From the IMG/VR virus record IMGVR_UViG_3300009095_000756, positions 1 through 25,569 of that record: a stretch of DNA of 25,569 nt. One strand, written 5' to 3'. Shown here in pieces: positions 1 to 8,314 of this stretch (position 1 is the stretch's first letter; each line of letters begins with the position of its first letter). The notes below the pieces were generated by a model that did not search any database, was not told the DNA's origin, and was given only the letters and a program-made list of their open reading frames with translations. Both the position numbers and the translations under genes were made by a program. Origin of the DNA: a virus (Duplodnaviria > Caudoviricetes).

Positions 1-1221
1 CTTGCGGTCACGGGTCACGAACGAACGCCGCTCACGGGCCTGTACCTCGGTGGCCGTGGCGGGTCCGCCCTGGTCGCCCTCGCCGAATGACTGCGCGCTG
101 TAGCCCGCACCGCGCAACGCCTGAACGGCCAGGTTTCGGCACGCTGACAGGTGGTCATCGACCCGGATGCTGAACTGGACTTGCTCCAGGCTGACGCCCT
201 CGTTGTCCGGCATGGCCTTGACGGGGGTGAACAGTTCACGCTCAGCGCTGACCCGCGCGCCTCGACCGGGGCCGTTCGACTCCAGGTAGCTCTCGGGGAC
301 GATCAGCCGGGATTTGCCCAAGCGGATGTCCCGCATGAGGCTGGACCACGATTCGTCGAGAGCGTCCATAGTGGGTTCGATGCCCGAATAGTCGGAACGC
401 CCCAGGGGCGAACCGCGCATCAAACGGTTGGGTCGCATGTTCGGGATGTACTCGGCCGTCAGGGTGTCGGAACCCGTCGGCATCCGGCCCTCTTCACCGA
501 CCAGCTTGTACAGCGGTTCGGTCTCGGGGTGAATGCGAAGGTCGATCTGTGCACCCAGTCGATCGTCCGAGCCGACGAACAGGCCGTGATAGATCCAGCC
601 GACCTCGTGCCGCTCCAAGTGCCTGTAGACCTTGCCTTGGTCGTCGGCCAACGTGCGCCAGAACGTCACCGCGTACAGCCGACCGGTGCGCCACTCGGGA
701 ACAGCCGACTCGGGCGGGATGGCGTCGAACACGGGCGTGTCGAACATGAACGTGTCGATATTGACCCGCAGGTACACCCCGCCCAGGGCCGAGTCCGTCT
801 CAGCGGCTTCGAGCAGAACCGGAATCAGACCGTTTTTAACGATCTTGTCCATCCGGCCCTGGGTTCCATCCTGACCGTCGAGGCTTTCGGGGATCGACCA
901 CACCGGAGGCTCGCCGAACAGCAGATCGGCGGACGTGCTGGCAATGTCGCCAGCCAGCGGCACATGCAACTTGGCATCGCGCAGGTTTCCCGGCTCCGGC
1001 GGGTTGCCCCAGAAGAACCGCGAGACCTGGTCGAGCAGGTTGTTCGCGCTGTCCGGGTACTGCTTGGGGTCGATCAGGGCGCCAAAGCCGTTGGTGACCT
1101 GGTAGAATTTGCGCAGCTCTTGCGGGTCGCCCGAGTACCACGCGCCCCACTCCCGGTAGAACCTGTCGGCCTTCTTGCACTCAGCCGGGGGCCAAGCCGG
1201 GTTATTGTCCGGCAGCGGCAT
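1..1221 (-). CDS. Phage portal protein (SPP1 gp6/A118-like), 3' end outside window
   Basis: Not in ORF track (no stop in window). Hand translation from ATG 1221 (SD GGAGGTG): MPLPDNNPAWPP..WYSGDP..KLHVPLAGDIASTSADLLFGEPP..LGRSDYSGIEPTMDALDESWSSLMRDIRLGKSRLIVP, typical of actinobacterial phage portals; directly follows terL. Confidence 0.9.
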   Translation of the reverse strand, partial: MPLPDNNPAWPPAECKKADRFYREWGAWYSGDPQELRKFYQVTNGFGALIDPKQYPDSANNLLDQVSRFFWGNPPEPGNLRDAKLHVPLAGDIASTSADLLFGEPPVWSIPESLDGQDGTQGRMDKIVKNGLIPVLLEAAETDSALGGVYLRVNIDTFMFDTPVFDAIPPESAVPEWRTGRLYAVTFWRTLADDQGKVYRHLERHEVGWIYHGLFVGSDDRLGAQIDLRIHPETEPLYKLVGEEGRMPTGSDTLTAEYIPNMRPNRLMRGSPLGRSDYSGIEPTMDALDESWSSLMRDIRLGKSRLIVPESYLESNGPGRGARVSAERELFTPVKAMPDNEGVSLEQVQFSIRVDDHLSACRNLAVQALRGAGYSAQSFGEGDQGGPATATEVQARERRSFVTRDRK

Positions 1222-1281
1222 CTGCGCCACCTCCCCCCGCGTGAGTGCCCACGGCAACGTGTCGGCGATTGAATGTTGACA

Positions 1282-2595
1282 TTAGGCTGCGGTCTCCAGA
1301 TGGTCGGGCAAAACGGGTGGCCTCAGCAGACCGTTCCAGATTGGCCGAGTTGTGAAGACCGCGTAACGACCTGCGTCGAGGCTGTGATCGTTGTCCTTGA
1401 TCGGCTCGTCCTTGCCCTTGCCGCTCGCCGTCGTGTCCCAGGAGTAGCCGGGGATCTCCTCGACGAGGCCGGAACAGGAGCGGTGCACCTTTAGCCGGTC
1501 AGTGGTGAGCAGCGAGCCGAACGTGTTGATGCCGGACTTGACCTCGTTGTTGGCGAGACGCGCCGTGATCCCATCCTCGTAAAGCTGAATGCGGAAACTG
1601 GCGGCTGACGGGTCGAGAACCCACCAGTCAGGTCGTACGCCCTTGAGCTTGGACCCGGGGACCGGGTGGTCGGCCAAGAACTGCCGGACCTGCTTTGAAT
1701 ACTCGACGTCGGTGAGCTGGCGCTTCTTGAGCTTGGAGTCCCAGCGCCATTCACGGGCGAGGTACAGTCGTTTGTCGGCGCCCAGGCCGAGCGTAAGGGC
1801 CGCGAACGGGTTGGTGGTGCCGTAGTCGATGCCGACCGCGAACCACTTGGTGATCATGGGCAGGACGTCGACGATCATCGTGTCTTCGTCCCACATGTCG
1901 TAAACGGCGCCCTCGGACTGCACCCAGTTGCCCAGGATGAACCGCTTGTACCAAAGGCCCGTGTACTCGGACTTGAGGTCGCGCACGTAGTCCGGGTCAA
2001 GCGTGAAGTTGTCGTCAAGATGGAACTGCCATTGCCGGAGGTTGAGTTCACCTTGGCGCAGCAGGTATTCCTTGCGGAGCCAGTGCGCCGGGTTGTCCGG
2101 GTTGGTGGTGGCGAACATCCGCGCGCCCTTGACAGACATTCGGCCGAGCATCTGCTTGAAGAACTCGGCCGGTAGCAGCGTGGCTTCGTCGACGTACGCC
2201 AGGCAGACCGTCGAGCCCCGAATCTTGCCCTCGGCCTGTCGGTCGTTCGCGCCCACCAGGTGGACCGTACGGCCCAGGATAACGCACGTCGTCGCGCCAG
2301 CCGTCCACCGGATGTGACGGCCGATCATCCGGCCGATCACGCCATCGCCCGTGAGGGGTTCGAGGACGTTACGGCCGACGGTGTCCAGGGTACGACCAGC
2401 AATGACGATCAAGCCCGAGGAGGGCGCCGTCACGATGGCGATCAAGAACGCCAGCGGCGAGGCGAACGTCTTGCCGGACCGGATCGCTCCGTGCCACACG
2501 TTGATGCGCGCAGTGGCGTCGAGGATGCTCGCCGTCTGCTTGTTCGACGCGTACTTGAACAGGGTCGCGATGTCCTGGCCGAAACTGGCGCTCAT
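1282..2595 (-). CDS. terL: Terminase large subunit, PBSX-like family
   Basis: Walker A WHGAIRSGKT, Walker B LAYVDE, motif ATTNPDNPAHWL, nuclease motifs GIDYGTTNP and DHSLDAGRY. Confidence 0.95.
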   Translation of the reverse strand: MSASFGQDIATLFKYASNKQTASILDATARINVWHGAIRSGKTFASPLAFLIAIVTAPSSGLIVIAGRTLDTVGRNVLEPLTGDGVIGRMIGRHIRWTAGATTCVILGRTVHLVGANDRQAEGKIRGSTVCLAYVDEATLLPAEFFKQMLGRMSVKGARMFATTNPDNPAHWLRKEYLLRQGELNLRQWQFHLDDNFTLDPDYVRDLKSEYTGLWYKRFILGNWVQSEGAVYDMWDEDTMIVDVLPMITKWFAVGIDYGTTNPFAALTLGLGADKRLYLAREWRWDSKLKKRQLTDVEYSKQVRQFLADHPVPGSKLKGVRPDWWVLDPSAASFRIQLYEDGITARLANNEVKSGINTFGSLLTTDRLKVHRSCSGLVEEIPGYSWDTTASGKGKDEPIKDNDHSLDAGRYAVFTTRPIWNGLLRPPVLPDHLETAA

Positions 2596-3203
2596 CCGGT
2601 CGTCCCGGAATCGGGCTGGCGGTCGATGACCTCGCCCCGAATCAGCTGCGTGGCCTCGTCGCTGCCCATGTCAAGCCCGGTGCGCTGCTCGAATTCGTCA
2701 CGAGCCGCGCGCAGGTTGTCTTGGAACTCGACCAGGAAGTCACGCGCACCCTGGACGTCGTCACCGTTGGTGCGCTCTGCGGCTTCTAGCTTGAACAGGC
2801 CGTCGAGGCACGTCCCGATCGCCCGGTACGCGCTGGCGACCTCGGGAAGCGGCGGCAGGTCAGCCGTCAGCAGGACTGTTTCGCCGTCCCTGCCGAGTAC
2901 TTCCTTTGACCAGCGCGACCACGCCCGAACGCGCAGGGCCTGGATGTCGTCGAGCAACTCCTTCTTGAGCTGCTCCTTGCGCGCTTTGGTCTCGACCGCC
3001 ACCGCCCTCGTGGCGTGCTGTGTCTTGTTGGTTCGAGCCGAAGGGTCCAAACCGTTGTCGTGGGCGATCCGCGTTACGGTGGCCCTGCCGATGTTGTGCC
3101 GTTCGGCAATCTGGTTGCGCCCGTACTTTCCCGACCTGAGGTCTTCCAGTACCGCTCGCTCGATTTCCTGCTTAAGCGGTCGCGGAGGTGGAGGAGTGGG
3201 CAT
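2592..3203 (-). CDS. terS: Probable terminase small subunit (N-terminal HTH, helical C-terminus)
   Basis: HTH GRNQIAERHNIGRATVTRIA; 4-nt ATGA overlap with terL. Confidence 0.7.
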   Translation of the reverse strand: MPTPPPPRPLKQEIERAVLEDLRSGKYGRNQIAERHNIGRATVTRIAHDNGLDPSARTNKTQHATRAVAVETKARKEQLKKELLDDIQALRVRAWSRWSKEVLGRDGETVLLTADLPPLPEVASAYRAIGTCLDGLFKLEAAERTNGDDVQGARDFLVEFQDNLRAARDEFEQRTGLDMGSDEATQLIRGEVIDRQPDSGTTG

Positions 3204-3405
3204 CGGCAGGCTCCGTTTTCTTCAACGGGGGAGTGCTGCCGGGTCCACTATCCGTTTTCGGCGGGATCTCGTTGAGGTCGTACCGCGTGCCAGAGCCAGC
3301 CTGGTAACGCGAGATCCGACCTTCAGAAGCCCATCGCCAGATTGTGCCCTTTGGCCGTCCAGACCAAGTTGCAGCTTCTTCGGCCGTGATCAACACGGGT
3401 TTCAA
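3172..3405 (-). CDS. Small MerR/excisionase-like HTH DNA-binding protein
   Basis: LITAEEAATWSGRPKGTIWRWASEGRI..RYDLNEI pattern; TTG start after G-rich SD; overlaps terS by 32 nt. Confidence 0.7.
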   Translation of the reverse strand: MKPVLITAEEAATWSGRPKGTIWRWASEGRISRYQAGSGTRYDLNEIPPKTDSGPGSTPPLKKTEPADAHSSTSATA

Positions 3406-3438
3406 GGTTGTCCCCCTGGCCGTCAGCGGATACGACGA

Positions 3439-3504
3439 GAGGGCCCCCGGACGACCACCTCGACGAGTTCGAACACCGCCGATTGTGACCGCCCGGAAGC
3501 CCTC
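3439..3504 (-). other. Long RNA hairpin in the leader of the packaging operon
   Basis: Minus-strand GAGGGCUUCCGGGCGGUCAC pairs with GUGGUCGUCCGGGGGCCCUC over 20 contiguous pairs (5 G-U), with a further inner stem. Confidence 0.6.
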
Positions 3505-3533
3505 CCGGGGTAGCCTTTTTCTATCTAATCGGG

Positions 3534-3563
3534 ATTCTACTTCGTACCAGGCCCTTGTGTCAA
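3534..3563 (-). promoter_or_regulatory. Housekeeping-sigma (HrdB/sigma70-like) promoter for HTH-terS-terL-portal
   Basis: TTGACA-18 bp-TAGAAT on minus strand; lacks the CTTGC-N7-GCAAG palindrome. Confidence 0.7.
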
Positions 3564-3582
3564 GTCCTGGCTTAAAGTGTCT

Positions 3583-4104
3583 TCAGCGCCGCTTCAACAC
3601 GTTGCCTCGGACCACCCGACCAGCAGGCGCCCCGACTTCCCGACGAGCCCTCATGATGAAGATCATGAAGCCCAGAGCCGCGACCACCACCACAACCAAA
3701 CTAACGGCCACGAGAGCCAGCGAGACCGCCCCCAGCGCCAGCATCGGCATCAGGATGGGCAGCAGGACCGCCATGCACGTCGTGAACACCACCATCAGGA
3801 TGGCCACGGGGACCACCTGATCAGTGAGCGGACGAGGCTGACGTTCCTTGACGACCGGTTCCGCATAGGCTTGAGCGGCAACGGCCATTCGCGCCCGAGC
3901 TTCGTACCATCCCGGGCACGCGGGGCACGCGCAGTCGAGCGCGTGACCGTTGACCGGGTTGACTTGATAGCCCTGACGCTTGGCGACCTGTGCCGACCGA
4001 CGAGGCGTGTACGACTCGCGCCACTCTCGGTCGGTCGGCTCGGCCACCTGAGGCTCACGTGACGTCCAGCCGCCGTCAGCCTCCAGGTCATAAGGTGTTT
4101 GCAC
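3583..4104 (-). CDS. Membrane protein (long C-terminal hydrophobic hairpin; layout reminiscent of small Spd proteins)
   Basis: SD GAGGAGGTG before GTG; HALDCACPAC motif; ~50-residue hydrophobic stretch. Confidence 0.7.
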   Translation of the reverse strand: MQTPYDLEADGGWTSREPQVAEPTDREWRESYTPRRSAQVAKRQGYQVNPVNGHALDCACPACPGWYEARARMAVAAQAYAEPVVKERQPRPLTDQVVPVAILMVVFTTCMAVLLPILMPMLALGAVSLALVAVSLVVVVVAALGFMIFIMRARREVGAPAGRVVRGNVLKRR

Positions 4105-4131
4105 CCTATCACCTCCTCTCGGTGCATCTCC

Positions 4132-4162
4132 ATCTTATCATGCGGCTTGTCGCTGGCGCAAT
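4132..4162 (-). promoter_or_regulatory. Cassette promoter/operator copy
   Basis: aTTGCGC-cagcg-ACAAG-ccgca-TGA-TAAGAT. Confidence 0.75.
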
Positions 4163-4175
4163 AGGTAGCGCGCTC

Positions 4176-4225
4176 GCATCCCGCCACCGCCCCCCGCGTC
4201 GCTCACAGCAACCTCTAGGCGAGGT
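4176..4225. repeat. ~50-bp intergenic repeat A, copy 1 (others 5706-5760, 8660-8714)
   Basis: GCAnnCCGCCACCGCCCCC..GCAACC..GCGAGGT shared by three intergenic sites. Confidence 0.7.
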
Positions 4226-4419
4226 TAATTCGGGTTCTCGGGGTCGGGTCGACTGATCACGGCCAGCAGACGACCCCCGTCGAAGGCCACGAAGGTGTTT
4301 CCTCCGCCCTTCCAGACCACGTTCCGGGCTCCAGGGCCGACGAGGCCCGGGAAACGCTCCTTGGCGGCTTCCCGGGCCCAGTCGGGCAGCCCGTCAGCGG
4401 GCTCGACGCTGAGCGTCAT
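4225..4419 (-). CDS. Hypothetical protein (64 aa, MTLSVEPADG..)
   Basis: 3' part of ORF 4225..4782; ATG overlaps the stop of the upstream gene (TGATG). Confidence 0.6.
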   Translation of the reverse strand: MTLSVEPADGLPDWAREAAKERFPGLVGPGARNVVWKGGGNTFVAFDGGRLLAVISRPDPENPN

Positions 4420-4811
4420 CACTCGAGCTCGAACATTCGGACGTACTCGCCCTCGCGCGTGTAGGCGAAGAAGGTCTCTTCGTCGCCCTTGCGCCAGTCG
4501 AGGGCCCTCCAGAACGCGAGTTCCTGGTCGCCCCGGTCGCAGGCGCCCTTGACCCAGACCGGAAGGTCGACCCACTGGATCGGGTCGCCGTCGGGGCCCT
4601 CCGAGGCCGGAGGGAAGACCTTGACCCAGCACTCGCCGCAGATGCCGGACTGGAACAGCTCGCGCTCGGCGGGGGTGAGGTAGTCGAAGATCTGCTGGAT
4701 GGGCCGAGAGCCGGAGCTGTAATACTCCTGGACGTCCTCGGGGCGGACCGACACGACGATCTCGCCGCCGTGCATCTGGCACTTCGCCTTGAAGGGCTGG
4801 CGCTCGCTCAC
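4419..4811 (-). CDS. Hypothetical protein with CxxH/CxxC putative Zn ligands
   Basis: CQMH..CGEC; 4-nt overlap with upstream gene; high-GC3 codons. Confidence 0.7.
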   Translation of the reverse strand: MSERQPFKAKCQMHGGEIVVSVRPEDVQEYYSSGSRPIQQIFDYLTPAERELFQSGICGECWVKVFPPASEGPDGDPIQWVDLPVWVKGACDRGDQELAFWRALDWRKGDEETFFAYTREGEYVRMFELE

Positions 4812-5134
4812 AGGGCCACCACCTTGTAGAGCTTGCCGGTGGCGTCGCCCCGGACGATGGTGTCGTTTCCCTTGGCGGACGTGCCGACGACCTCGAAGAG
4901 CTGGTCGCTGATCTCGGCGTCTCCGGCCGTCAGGCCGTCGTACTTCCAGACGTTGCCCTTCTGGACGACCGTGATGACGAGGTCGTCCCGGCTGGCCAGC
5001 GAGCGCATCGAGGCGCGGACCTGACTGTCGTTCAGTCCGGTAACCGACTGGAGCTGCTCGATGCTCACGACCTTGCCGTTGAACTTGGTGTTGAGGGCCG
5101 CGAGAACACGCGGCGTGGTGGGCGATCCACCCAT
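4808..5134 (-). CDS. Hypothetical protein, possible winged-helix
   Basis: SD AGGAG; VSIEQLQSVTGLNDSQVRASMRSL followed by beta hairpin (VVQKGNVWKY). Confidence 0.7.
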   Translation of the reverse strand: MGGSPTTPRVLAALNTKFNGKVVSIEQLQSVTGLNDSQVRASMRSLASRDDLVITVVQKGNVWKYDGLTAGDAEISDQLFEVVGTSAKGNDTIVRGDATGKLYKVVAL

Positions 5135-5187
5135 GTCTGGCTCCTAACCGCCCCCGGGGGGCTGCCCGGCGGCTTGCTTGTGGGACA

Positions 5188-5218
5188 AGCCTATCATGGC
5201 GGGTGCTTCTTACGCAAT
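5188..5218 (-). promoter_or_regulatory. Cassette promoter copy (second half-site degenerate)
   Basis: aTTGCGT-aagaa-GCACC-cgcca-TGA-TAGGCT. Confidence 0.6.
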
Positions 5219-5344
5219 TACCGGGGCCGAGGGCTTCCGTGGGGTCTTCCAGGGCCTGGGAGCACCCCGCCGGTCCTGAGTGCCCGGGACGGGGCTCCAG
5301 GCGCTCCGTGGGGCCGTCCCGGGCCGTCCTGAGGTCACGGCACG

Positions 5345-5381
5345 CCCGAGCCCCCCGGCGGGTGCGCGCGGGGGGCTCGGG
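5345..5381 (-). terminator. Intrinsic terminator-like hairpin
   Basis: 13-bp IR CCCGAGCCCCCCG/CGGGGGGCTCGGG just after 5392..5601. Confidence 0.65.
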
Positions 5382-5391
5382 TGGGGCCTGC

Positions 5392-5601
5392 TCAGACCGT
5401 CAGGTCGCAGATCTCGTTCAGCTTGGCGACCTCGGCGGAGATTCGGGCGTCGGTGAGGACCCCGCGCTCGATCGCGTTGGCCAGGCTGCCCGCGTTGTTC
5501 GAGAACCACTGGTAGTCGCTGCGCTCGTCGCCCAGGGGGAGAATCTCGGCGCGGCTGTCGGCGATCGCGGCCAGGTGGCGGAGGGTGTCGACCGTGTTCA
5601 T
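5392..5601 (-). CDS. Hypothetical protein (69 aa)
   Basis: SD GAAGGAG, own promoter, leader hairpin and terminator. Confidence 0.75.
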   Translation of the reverse strand: MNTVDTLRHLAAIADSRAEILPLGDERSDYQWFSNNAGSLANAIERGVLTDARISAEVAKLNEICDLTV

Positions 5602-5651
5602 TTTGGACTCCTTCGGTTGGGCTTGGGGGCCGTCCCCCTCGCTCTAATAAA

Positions 5652-5682
5652 ATTAAATCATGTTGATTGCCCAAAGCGCAAG
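5652..5682 (-). promoter_or_regulatory. Cassette promoter/operator copy
   Basis: cTTGCGC-tttgg-GCAAT-caaca-TGA-TTTAAT. Confidence 0.8.
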
Positions 5683-5774
5683 TAGGTTGGCTGCACCGAC
5701 CAGGCGCACCCCGCCACCGCCCCCCACATGCGAGCCGACGGCAACCTTTAGGCGAGGTGACGCCGAACACAGGT

Positions 5775-5804
5775 GAGCCCCCGCCCTGGGTGGGTCGGGG
5801 GCTC
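5775..5804 (-). terminator. Terminator-like hairpin
   Basis: GAGCCCCCG/CGGGGGCTC after 5819..6028. Confidence 0.55.
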
Positions 5805-5818
5805 GTCGGCTGGAGTGA

Positions 5819-6028
5819 TCAGCGCCGGAGCTTGGGCCAGTTGGTGACGACCTCGTGGGAGTTGCACACGCGCATCTCCTCGGTGGTGGGCATTCCGAAC
5901 ACGATTCGGGTTCCCTTGGGGTAGGGCTTCGGTCGGCTGACGATCTTGGTGTCGGAGTGCTTCACCTCGGCGTGGCACTCACCGCAGACGGTGGGGTACC
6001 GGTCCAGGAAATCGGTCACGTGGTCCAT
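5819..6028 (-). CDS. Small protein with CxxC..CxxH putative Zn site
   Basis: SD AGGAG; CGEC..CNSH; own promoter. Confidence 0.7.
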   Translation of the reverse strand: MDHVTDFLDRYPTVCGECHAEVKHSDTKIVSRPKPYPKGTRIVFGMPTTEEMRVCNSHEVVTNWPKLRR

Positions 6029-6073
6029 GGGGTGGCTCCTCGTTCGGGGCGTCTTGTCGGCCCGTCTATAACT

Positions 6074-6104
6074 AGTAAATCATAACGCTTGTCGTTTGCG
6101 CAAG
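6074..6104 (-). promoter_or_regulatory. Cassette promoter/operator copy
   Basis: cTTGCGC-aaacg-ACAAG-cgtta-TGA-TTTACT. Confidence 0.75.
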
Positions 6105-6137
6105 TTCTCAGAACAATAGCTCTAACCCGCTCCCAGG

Positions 6138-6512
6138 AGGGGGGGTAACACCGGCCGGAGTACACGGGGCACACGGCGGGGGGTACGGGGCACATAATAA
6201 CGGAGCGTACACGGGGCTCCACACCTGAGCCACAGACGGGTACGGGTGTTACCCCCGTTACCCCCCCTATATAATTGTATGATTCACGCATGCTCCGTAC
6301 CAAGTCAGAGGGGGTGTACTGGTCAGTAACTTGCGCTCTCGACAAGGTAACATCCTGGGTAACACTACCCCTCTCGGAGCCGTTACCCCCATCTAAATCG
6401 CGGTGTTACCCTTTGCTCGGAGTAATTGCGATTTAGGAACCCTTCAGGGGGGGTAACACCCTGCACGAGAGGGGGGTAACGGCCCGGGGGAACACCCTGC
6501 CGTTACCCCCCT
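6138..6512. repeat. Non-coding cluster of GGGTAAC/GTTACCC repeats (candidate origin or other cis-acting locus)
   Basis: Copies at about 6143, 6248, 6257, 6345 (AGGTAAC), 6357, 6382, 6405, 6451, 6474, 6502 in both orientations; AT-rich patch 6268-6284; TACACGGGGC twice (6161, 6208). Confidence 0.75.
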
Positions 6513-6549
6513 CTTGACCCGGTTCCTGTGGCACACGTCACGCACAACT

Positions 6550-6582
6550 GAGCCCCCTCGGCGGTGTTCACCTCGGGGGCTC
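6550..6582 (-). terminator. Terminator-like hairpin
   Basis: GAGCCCCC/GGGGGCTC after 6602..6889. Confidence 0.45.
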
Positions 6583-6601
6583 GTTGCCGTCGGCTGACCC
6601 A

Positions 6602-6889
6602 TCACGGGGCAGGTGGCGGGCTCTCCAGCTCGCTGGCGTCGACGTAGGGCATCTGCACCCAGTCCAGTCCAACCAACTGGAGGCTGGCGGGGTCTGCGCC
6701 GATCTGCTCAGCCGCGTACTTCACGGCGTTCTGTTCCATCAGCTCGGTGGTGATGTTCACCTTGCCGCCGTCGTTGCTGGTGGCCGTGCACGAGATCGGG
6801 CTGGTCCAGATGGGTTGATTCTCGTCGACCGGGTTATCGCGATGCAGGATGAACAACGCGGTCCAGATCACGTCGACTTGGTTCGTCAT
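6602..6889 (-). CDS. Hypothetical protein (95 aa)
   Basis: SD AAGGGGGAG before ATG; follows 6938..7825 across a hairpin. Confidence 0.7.
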   Translation of the reverse strand: MTNQVDVIWTALFILHRDNPVDENQPIWTSPISCTATSNDGGKVNITTELMEQNAVKYAAEQIGADPASLQLVGLDWVQMPYVDASELESPPPAP

Positions 6890-6937
6890 GGCTCCCCCTT
6901 CGTGGCCCCCGGGGCGGTCCCGGGGGCCTTTCGTCGT

Positions 6938-7825
6938 TCAGTCCTGGTTCTGGTGCCCGCAGCGACGGCAAACCCTCACGAACTCGGTCTCGTCCCACTT
7001 CAGGCTGTGCCCGGCGTACGCGCCGTGCTCGTCCTTGCACACGATCAGCTCGGGGTCGGTCTCGGCGAGCGTCGGCTGACGCATCACCTTGTAGCCCAGG
7101 TCGGTCATCCGGCCGTCGACCACGGTGATCAGCCCGCGCTTCTGGAGGGCAACCCGGGTGCCCGTGGGGGTGCTGCCGCTGACCTGTCCGGCGAACTCGT
7201 GCAGCCGATCGGTCACCGCGTAGGACATCGCACGCATCATGGCGTACGTGACGCCGAGCTTGCGCTGAAGCTTGTCGATCTCGTCCATCTCGTCCTCGCG
7301 ACGGACAGGCGCGGCGTCCGGCTTGGGGGCCGTCCGGCGCTTGCTCCGGGCCTTCTGCGCGTCGCGCTTCCGGGCGTTGTCGATGCCAGCCGCGACCTTC
7401 AGCGCGATAGCGTCGCTGAACTCCCGGGCCTGCTCCAAGGCGCCCTTGCCGTTCTCCAGGGTCTGGGCGTAGCCGCTGGCCTTGATCAGGAACGACTTGG
7501 CTCGGGCGTCGTGACCCGGCAGGAACTTCGACGTCCGGGACGGCATCCGGCTGAAGTCGCAGCCGGTGGTGATCAGCTCGCCCTGGTGATCGCCCCAGAT
7601 CGGGCGGTACGCCAGGTGCGCGCATCCGCAGACCCGAACCGGGGTCAGCTCGTCGGTTCCCGCGTCCGTCCAGCCGGTCGGCAGGAGGTGCGCGAAGTCC
7701 GGCAGGAGCTGAACCTTCACCACGGGGCCGGTGGCGGTCGCCACGGCTTCGGTGCGGACCACGCCGAACACCTTCTTGCCGTTGATGCGGAACCGGACCG
7801 TCTGGCCGATCTCGATGCTGCTCAT
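6938..7825 (-). CDS. PGHDA-family protein, copy A (extra N-terminal beta domain and C-terminal winged-helix/Zn-like part)
   Basis: CGC..TTGC..KFLPGHDARAKSFLIKA; C-terminal TRVALQKRGLITVVDGRMTDLG and CKDEH..CRRC. Confidence 0.8.
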   Translation of the reverse strand: MSSIEIGQTVRFRINGKKVFGVVRTEAVATATGPVVKVQLLPDFAHLLPTGWTDAGTDELTPVRVCGCAHLAYRPIWGDHQGELITTGCDFSRMPSRTSKFLPGHDARAKSFLIKASGYAQTLENGKGALEQAREFSDAIALKVAAGIDNARKRDAQKARSKRRTAPKPDAAPVRREDEMDEIDKLQRKLGVTYAMMRAMSYAVTDRLHEFAGQVSGSTPTGTRVALQKRGLITVVDGRMTDLGYKVMRQPTLAETDPELIVCKDEHGAYAGHSLKWDETEFVRVCRRCGHQNQD

Positions 7826-7870
7826 TTCTTGGCTCCTCCCCGAGGGGGCGTTTCCCCCTCGTGTAATTCC

Positions 7871-7900
7871 ATTAAATCATGGCCTTGTCTGCCACGCAAG
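7871..7900 (-). promoter_or_regulatory. Cassette promoter/operator copy
   Basis: cTTGCGT-ggcag-ACAAG-gcca-TGA-TTTAAT, followed by leader hairpin GAGGGGGAAACGCCCCCTC. Confidence 0.8.
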
Positions 7901-7901
7901 T

Positions 7902-7940
7902 CCGGACCCGGGTGGCGCCGGTCACACCACCCGGGTCCGG
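7902..7940 (-). terminator. Terminator-like hairpin
   Basis: 14-bp IR CCGGACCCGGGTGG/CCACCCGGGTCCGG. Confidence 0.65.
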
Positions 7941-7946
7941 GGTCCG

Positions 7947-8150
7947 TCAGGACAGACGCGCCTCGATGTAACGCGTCACGGCCTCCACGGTCGGCTGGCC
8001 GCCGACCTCCAGCAGCCACGTGCCGACGTCCACGGAGACAATCAACGACGTCGGGTCGGGACGGAAGCCGACGATCGGGCCGTCCGCACCAAGGAAGGTA
8101 TCGGAAAACGCGTCGCGGTCGGTAACAACGATCGGAAGGGTCAGCAACAC
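7947..8150 (-). CDS. Hypothetical protein (67 aa)
   Basis: GTG at 8150 after SD GAGGAG; upstream ATG 8186 lies in the leader. Confidence 0.65.
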   Translation of the reverse strand: MLLTLPIVVTDRDAFSDTFLGADGPIVGFRPDPTSLIVSVDVGTWLLEVGGQPTVEAVTRYIEARLS

Positions 8151-8192
8151 GGAAGGCTCCTCACTGAGGGGGCGTTTCCCCCTCATAAGAAA

Positions 8193-8222
8193 AGCAAATC
8201 ATGACCTTGCGGGTGGCGCAAG
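8193..8222 (-). promoter_or_regulatory. Cassette promoter/operator copy
   Basis: cTTGCGC-caccc-GCAAG-gtca-TGA-TTTGCT; same leader hairpin as the 7871 copy. Confidence 0.8.
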
Positions 8223-8233
8223 TTTGCCGACAT

Positions 8234-8270
8234 GCCGACGCCCCCCGGTCGCATACCGGGGGGCGTCGGC
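8234..8270 (-). terminator. Terminator-like hairpin
   Basis: 16-bp IR GCCGACGCCCCCCGGT/ACCGGGGGGCGTCGGC. Confidence 0.7.
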
Positions 8271-8314
8271 CGTTGCGCTCGGTCTCGGTGACCTTGATGA
8301 ACTCGGCCATCAGG

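Noticed and set aside
151-1272. 373-aa plus-strand ORF
   Set aside because: Antisense shadow of the portal gene; high GC3 keeps the opposite frame open
3420-3500. tRNA suggested by GTTCGAA
   Set aside because: No T-stem, acceptor stem or cloverleaf on either strand; the motif is the tip of a single long hairpin
6016-6345. 109-aa minus-strand ORF
   Set aside because: Runs through the repeat island and across a promoter; atypical codons and no SD
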